A stretch of 64,000 nucleotides of DNA, from positions 1 to 64,000 of the forward strand of contig NIVC01000995.1 of NCBI GenBank assembly GCA_002269645.1. The letters run 5' to 3'. The stretch is from Macrostomum lignano (Eukaryota). A program made the position numbers and the translations under genes. Numbering within the stretch: position 1 is the stretch's first letter; each line of letters begins with the position of its first letter. The notes beneath the pieces were generated by a model. It saw only the letters and a list, made by a program, of their open reading frames with translations, did not search any database and was not told the origin of the DNA. This document shows, in pieces, positions 60,898 through 64,000 of this stretch.

Positions 60898-61209
60898 GGA
60901 AGCTGCACCTGGAACAACACGCTTCATCTGGAATTTTCCCAGGAAAAAGCTTACAACTATGTCTAGTTCGACACCTAGAAAATGAATCCACCCCTGGATT
61001 CTTCGGAGGGGGACTGCGCTGCGGACACCGGCACCACCGGATCTCGGAATCGGAACCGGATCGGAAGCTGCACCTGGAACAACACGCTTCATCTGGAATT
61101 TTCCCAGGAAAAAGCTTACAACTATGTCTAGTTCGACACCTAGAAAATGCATCCACCCCTGGATTCTTCGGAGGGGGACTGCGCTGCGGACACCGGCACC
61201 ACCGGATCT
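60898..61209. repeat. 165-bp-period direct duplication containing a LINE-derived segment
   Basis: ggaagctgcacctgg...gcaccaccggatctc at 60898 and 61063. The 3' 55 bp resemble 7465-7522. Confidence 0.85.
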
Positions 61210-61364
61210 CAAATATAATAGTAGAACACCTGGAAGAGTGCCTGCATGAGTACCTTGTAGAGAACCTCGAAGGGTATCTAGTAGAATACCTGGAAGAGCT
61301 ACCTAGAACAAATACATCGAAGAGTACTATCTACAAGAACAGAACCTTGAAGAGTATCTCAAAG

Positions 61365-61590
61365 AATGTCTGGAAGAGTACCTGGAAGAGTACCTGATAC
61401 AAAACCTGGAAGAGTACCTGATACAATACCTGGAAGAGTACCTGATACAATACCTGGAAGAGTACCTGATACAATACCTGGAAGAGTACCTGATACAATA
61501 CCTGGAAGAGTACCTGATACAATACCTGGAAGAGTACCTGATACAATACCTGGAAGAGTACCTGATACAATACCTGGAAGAGTACCTGGT
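61365..61590. repeat. 24-bp array gtacctgatacaatacctggaaga
   Basis: About 8-9 copies. Confidence 0.93.
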
Positions 61591-62066
61591 AGAATACCTG
61601 AAAGAATACGTCGAAGAGTACCTATAAGAACGTTATAATTAGTGTTGAATAATTTTAAAGACCAGATCAAGGTGATAATTTTGTTCTAGTTCGATAGAAA
61701 AATCAACCCTGCAGCACGTTGCTCATGTGCGTGCTCAGGAGCCAGTGACATGGACCTGCTTTGAGACAGATCAGTCTAACTTTCCTTCGAAATCGACAAA
61801 AAACCCAGCAGGCTGAGAAAGTATCTGTTTTTATTACTGGCAGCTCCGCCTGACTGACGGGGCTGCGGAATGAAGCCAGTAGGATTAGGGGAACGTTGTG
61901 GAAACATGGACAACTAGAGTAGTTGTCCATGTGTGGAAACTGATGGAGAACCTGGATCGTCTGCCGATTGGCTGTCTGTTCTATATAAAAAACCAAGGCA
62001 TGCGCAGCTGGACTGTCAGGCCGCTGCCGCAATAGAAGCCACAGAAATCCCTGATAGAGCAACAGC

Positions 62067-62139
62067 ATGGGTCTCTGTGTGACACCGCTCCTGCTGGCTA
62101 TTGCCGCTGGCCTGTCCGCTGGCGAGGAGCTGAGAATCG
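62067..62139 (+). CDS. First exon (signal peptide + ELRIG) of a probable second iGluR-like gene, transcribed divergently
   Basis: MGLCVTPLLLAIAAGLSAGEELRI g|gtgagt. Same ELRIG motif and phase-1 intron as exon 1 of the minus-strand iGluR-like gene. Downstream exons were not found in the window. Confidence 0.6.
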
Positions 62140-62149
62140 GTGAGTTGCC

Positions 62150-62601
<452 letters not shown>

Positions 62602-63519
62602 CATCTACGAGTATCTGTCATTATTTTGTTTACGACAATCATATCAGGCTCAGTTATCTCAATACAAGTCACCTGATCACAAACAATGGCCATGGGTCCA
62701 GCATTGGTGTCGCTGTGATGCCGAAAATAGCAACTGAGAGGCTGGCTCCATTGCACAGGAGAGTCACGGCAAGGAGAGCACACCTGTCCCCAAGCCCCAG
62801 TAAACACAGCGCGGAACGAAAGGGACAGCAGAGATAAAAATAAGCCATCAGTACGCAAGCACGCGCCAGGCGCAGCAGACCGCTATGGCCGGCAGGGCCA
62901 CCCCCTCGGCGGCAGCTAAATTCGCAAATCTGTTTAACTTTGCTGAATAATTCAATAGTTGAAGGGCCCGGACAGGCGAGGCAAAGGGCTGTCGTGGTCG
63001 ATTCACTCTAGTCTGTCTGGTCTGGCTCTCACCCACTCCATTAGCGGGCTGGCCAGTTCTATGCAGGCTTGTCTTATTAAGTACCCTGACCCTTTCCCGC
63101 CTGAGACTGGCAGAAACAAACACCGTGGAAAGTTTCTCTCGCGCCTCTAAAAATCTTTCCACAGAACGAATTGCTGGTATCAAGCTCTCCGGGGGATTTA
63201 ACAGATATTTTATAAGAGCTCCGTGTAAAAGCTGGAGGCCAGATTTAATCGGTCTCCATGGAAACCGCTGCGAATCAGATTTGTTAACTTGATATCATAG
63301 TCTACTGGGGATTGCAAAGAAATATATACATTTTTGAGAGCTGTAGCCTTCCTTTCTTGAAAAGTGTTGGCATATGCAAATAAAAAAATGAGCTTTTAGT
63401 CATGACTACTCAACCTCTCGAAATTTTTTTGGGGTTGGTTTAATCCGCGAAGGGATTACAGAAATGTCGGAGAGACTAAGACTAGGGTAGGCAGGGGGAG
63501 AATCCAGGGTGGGTAGGGG

Positions 63520-64000
63520 GAGATTCCAGGGGAGTGGGAGAAGCCAGGTGAGACAGGAGAAGCCAGGAGAGGCAGGGGAGAAGCCAGGGGAATCAGGGGG
63601 AGAAGCCAGGGGAATCAGGGGGAGAAGCCAGGGGAAACAGGGGGAGAAGCCAGGGGAATCAGGGGGAGAAGCCAGGGGAATCAGGGGAGAAGCCAGGGGA
63701 AACAGGGGGAGAAGCCAGGGGAATCAGGGGGAGAAGCCAGGGGAAACAGGGGGAGAAGCCAGGGGAATCAGGGGGAGAAGCCAGAGGAATCAGGGGGAGA
63801 AGCCAGGGGAATCAGGGGGAGAAGCCAGGGGAATCAGGGGGAGAAGCCAGGGGAAACAGGAGGAGAATACAGGGGAAACAGGGGGAGAAGCAAGGGGAGG
63901 CAGGGGGAGAAGCCAGGGGAAGCAGGGGGAGAAGCCAGGGGAGGCAGGGGGAGAAGCCAGGGGAAACAGGGGGAGAAGCCAGGGGAAACAGGAGGAGAAT
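63520..64000. repeat. 22-bp purine-rich array gggggagaagccaggggaa(t/a)ca, running off the window
   Basis: Direct reading. Confidence 0.95.

Overview
Eukaryotic, intron-rich animal DNA. GC3-rich exons, introns packed with minisatellites and RTE-type LINE remnants resemble a Macrostomum-like flatworm, but that is inference and unconfirmed. I rebuilt the genes by hand from splice sites and intron phase: (1) a rhodopsin-type peptide GPCR (-, 3.5-4.7 kb); (2) a candidate multi-exon single-TM gene (+, about 9.3-10.6 kb); (3) an MSH4-like MutS gene (-, 11.6-21.1 kb) whose ATPase motifs are all degenerate; (4,5) two tandem 5-exon DHDH (Gfo/Idh/MocA) paralogs (+, 25.9-37.5 kb); (6) a somatostatin/allatostatin-C-like GPCR (+, 38.3-39.5 kb); (7) an 11-exon, about 789-aa divergent ionotropic glutamate receptor-like gene (-, 48.0-58.7 kb); (8) the first exon of a probable head-to-head paralog of it (+, 62.07 kb). 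The rest is about 20 different tandem arrays, MITEs, tRNA-derived SINEs and piggyBac/LINE remnants. Most long ORFs in the supplied track are repeat artefacts. Top leads: the MSH4 pseudo-ATPase; a 7x85-bp array that duplicates the splice acceptor of the channel pore exon in an intron with a GC donor; a CpG-depleted, TAGGCCT-rich domain around a CpG-rich bidirectional promoter, with directional CpG decay visible between paralogs; and patchwork gene conversion that spares one active-site loop.
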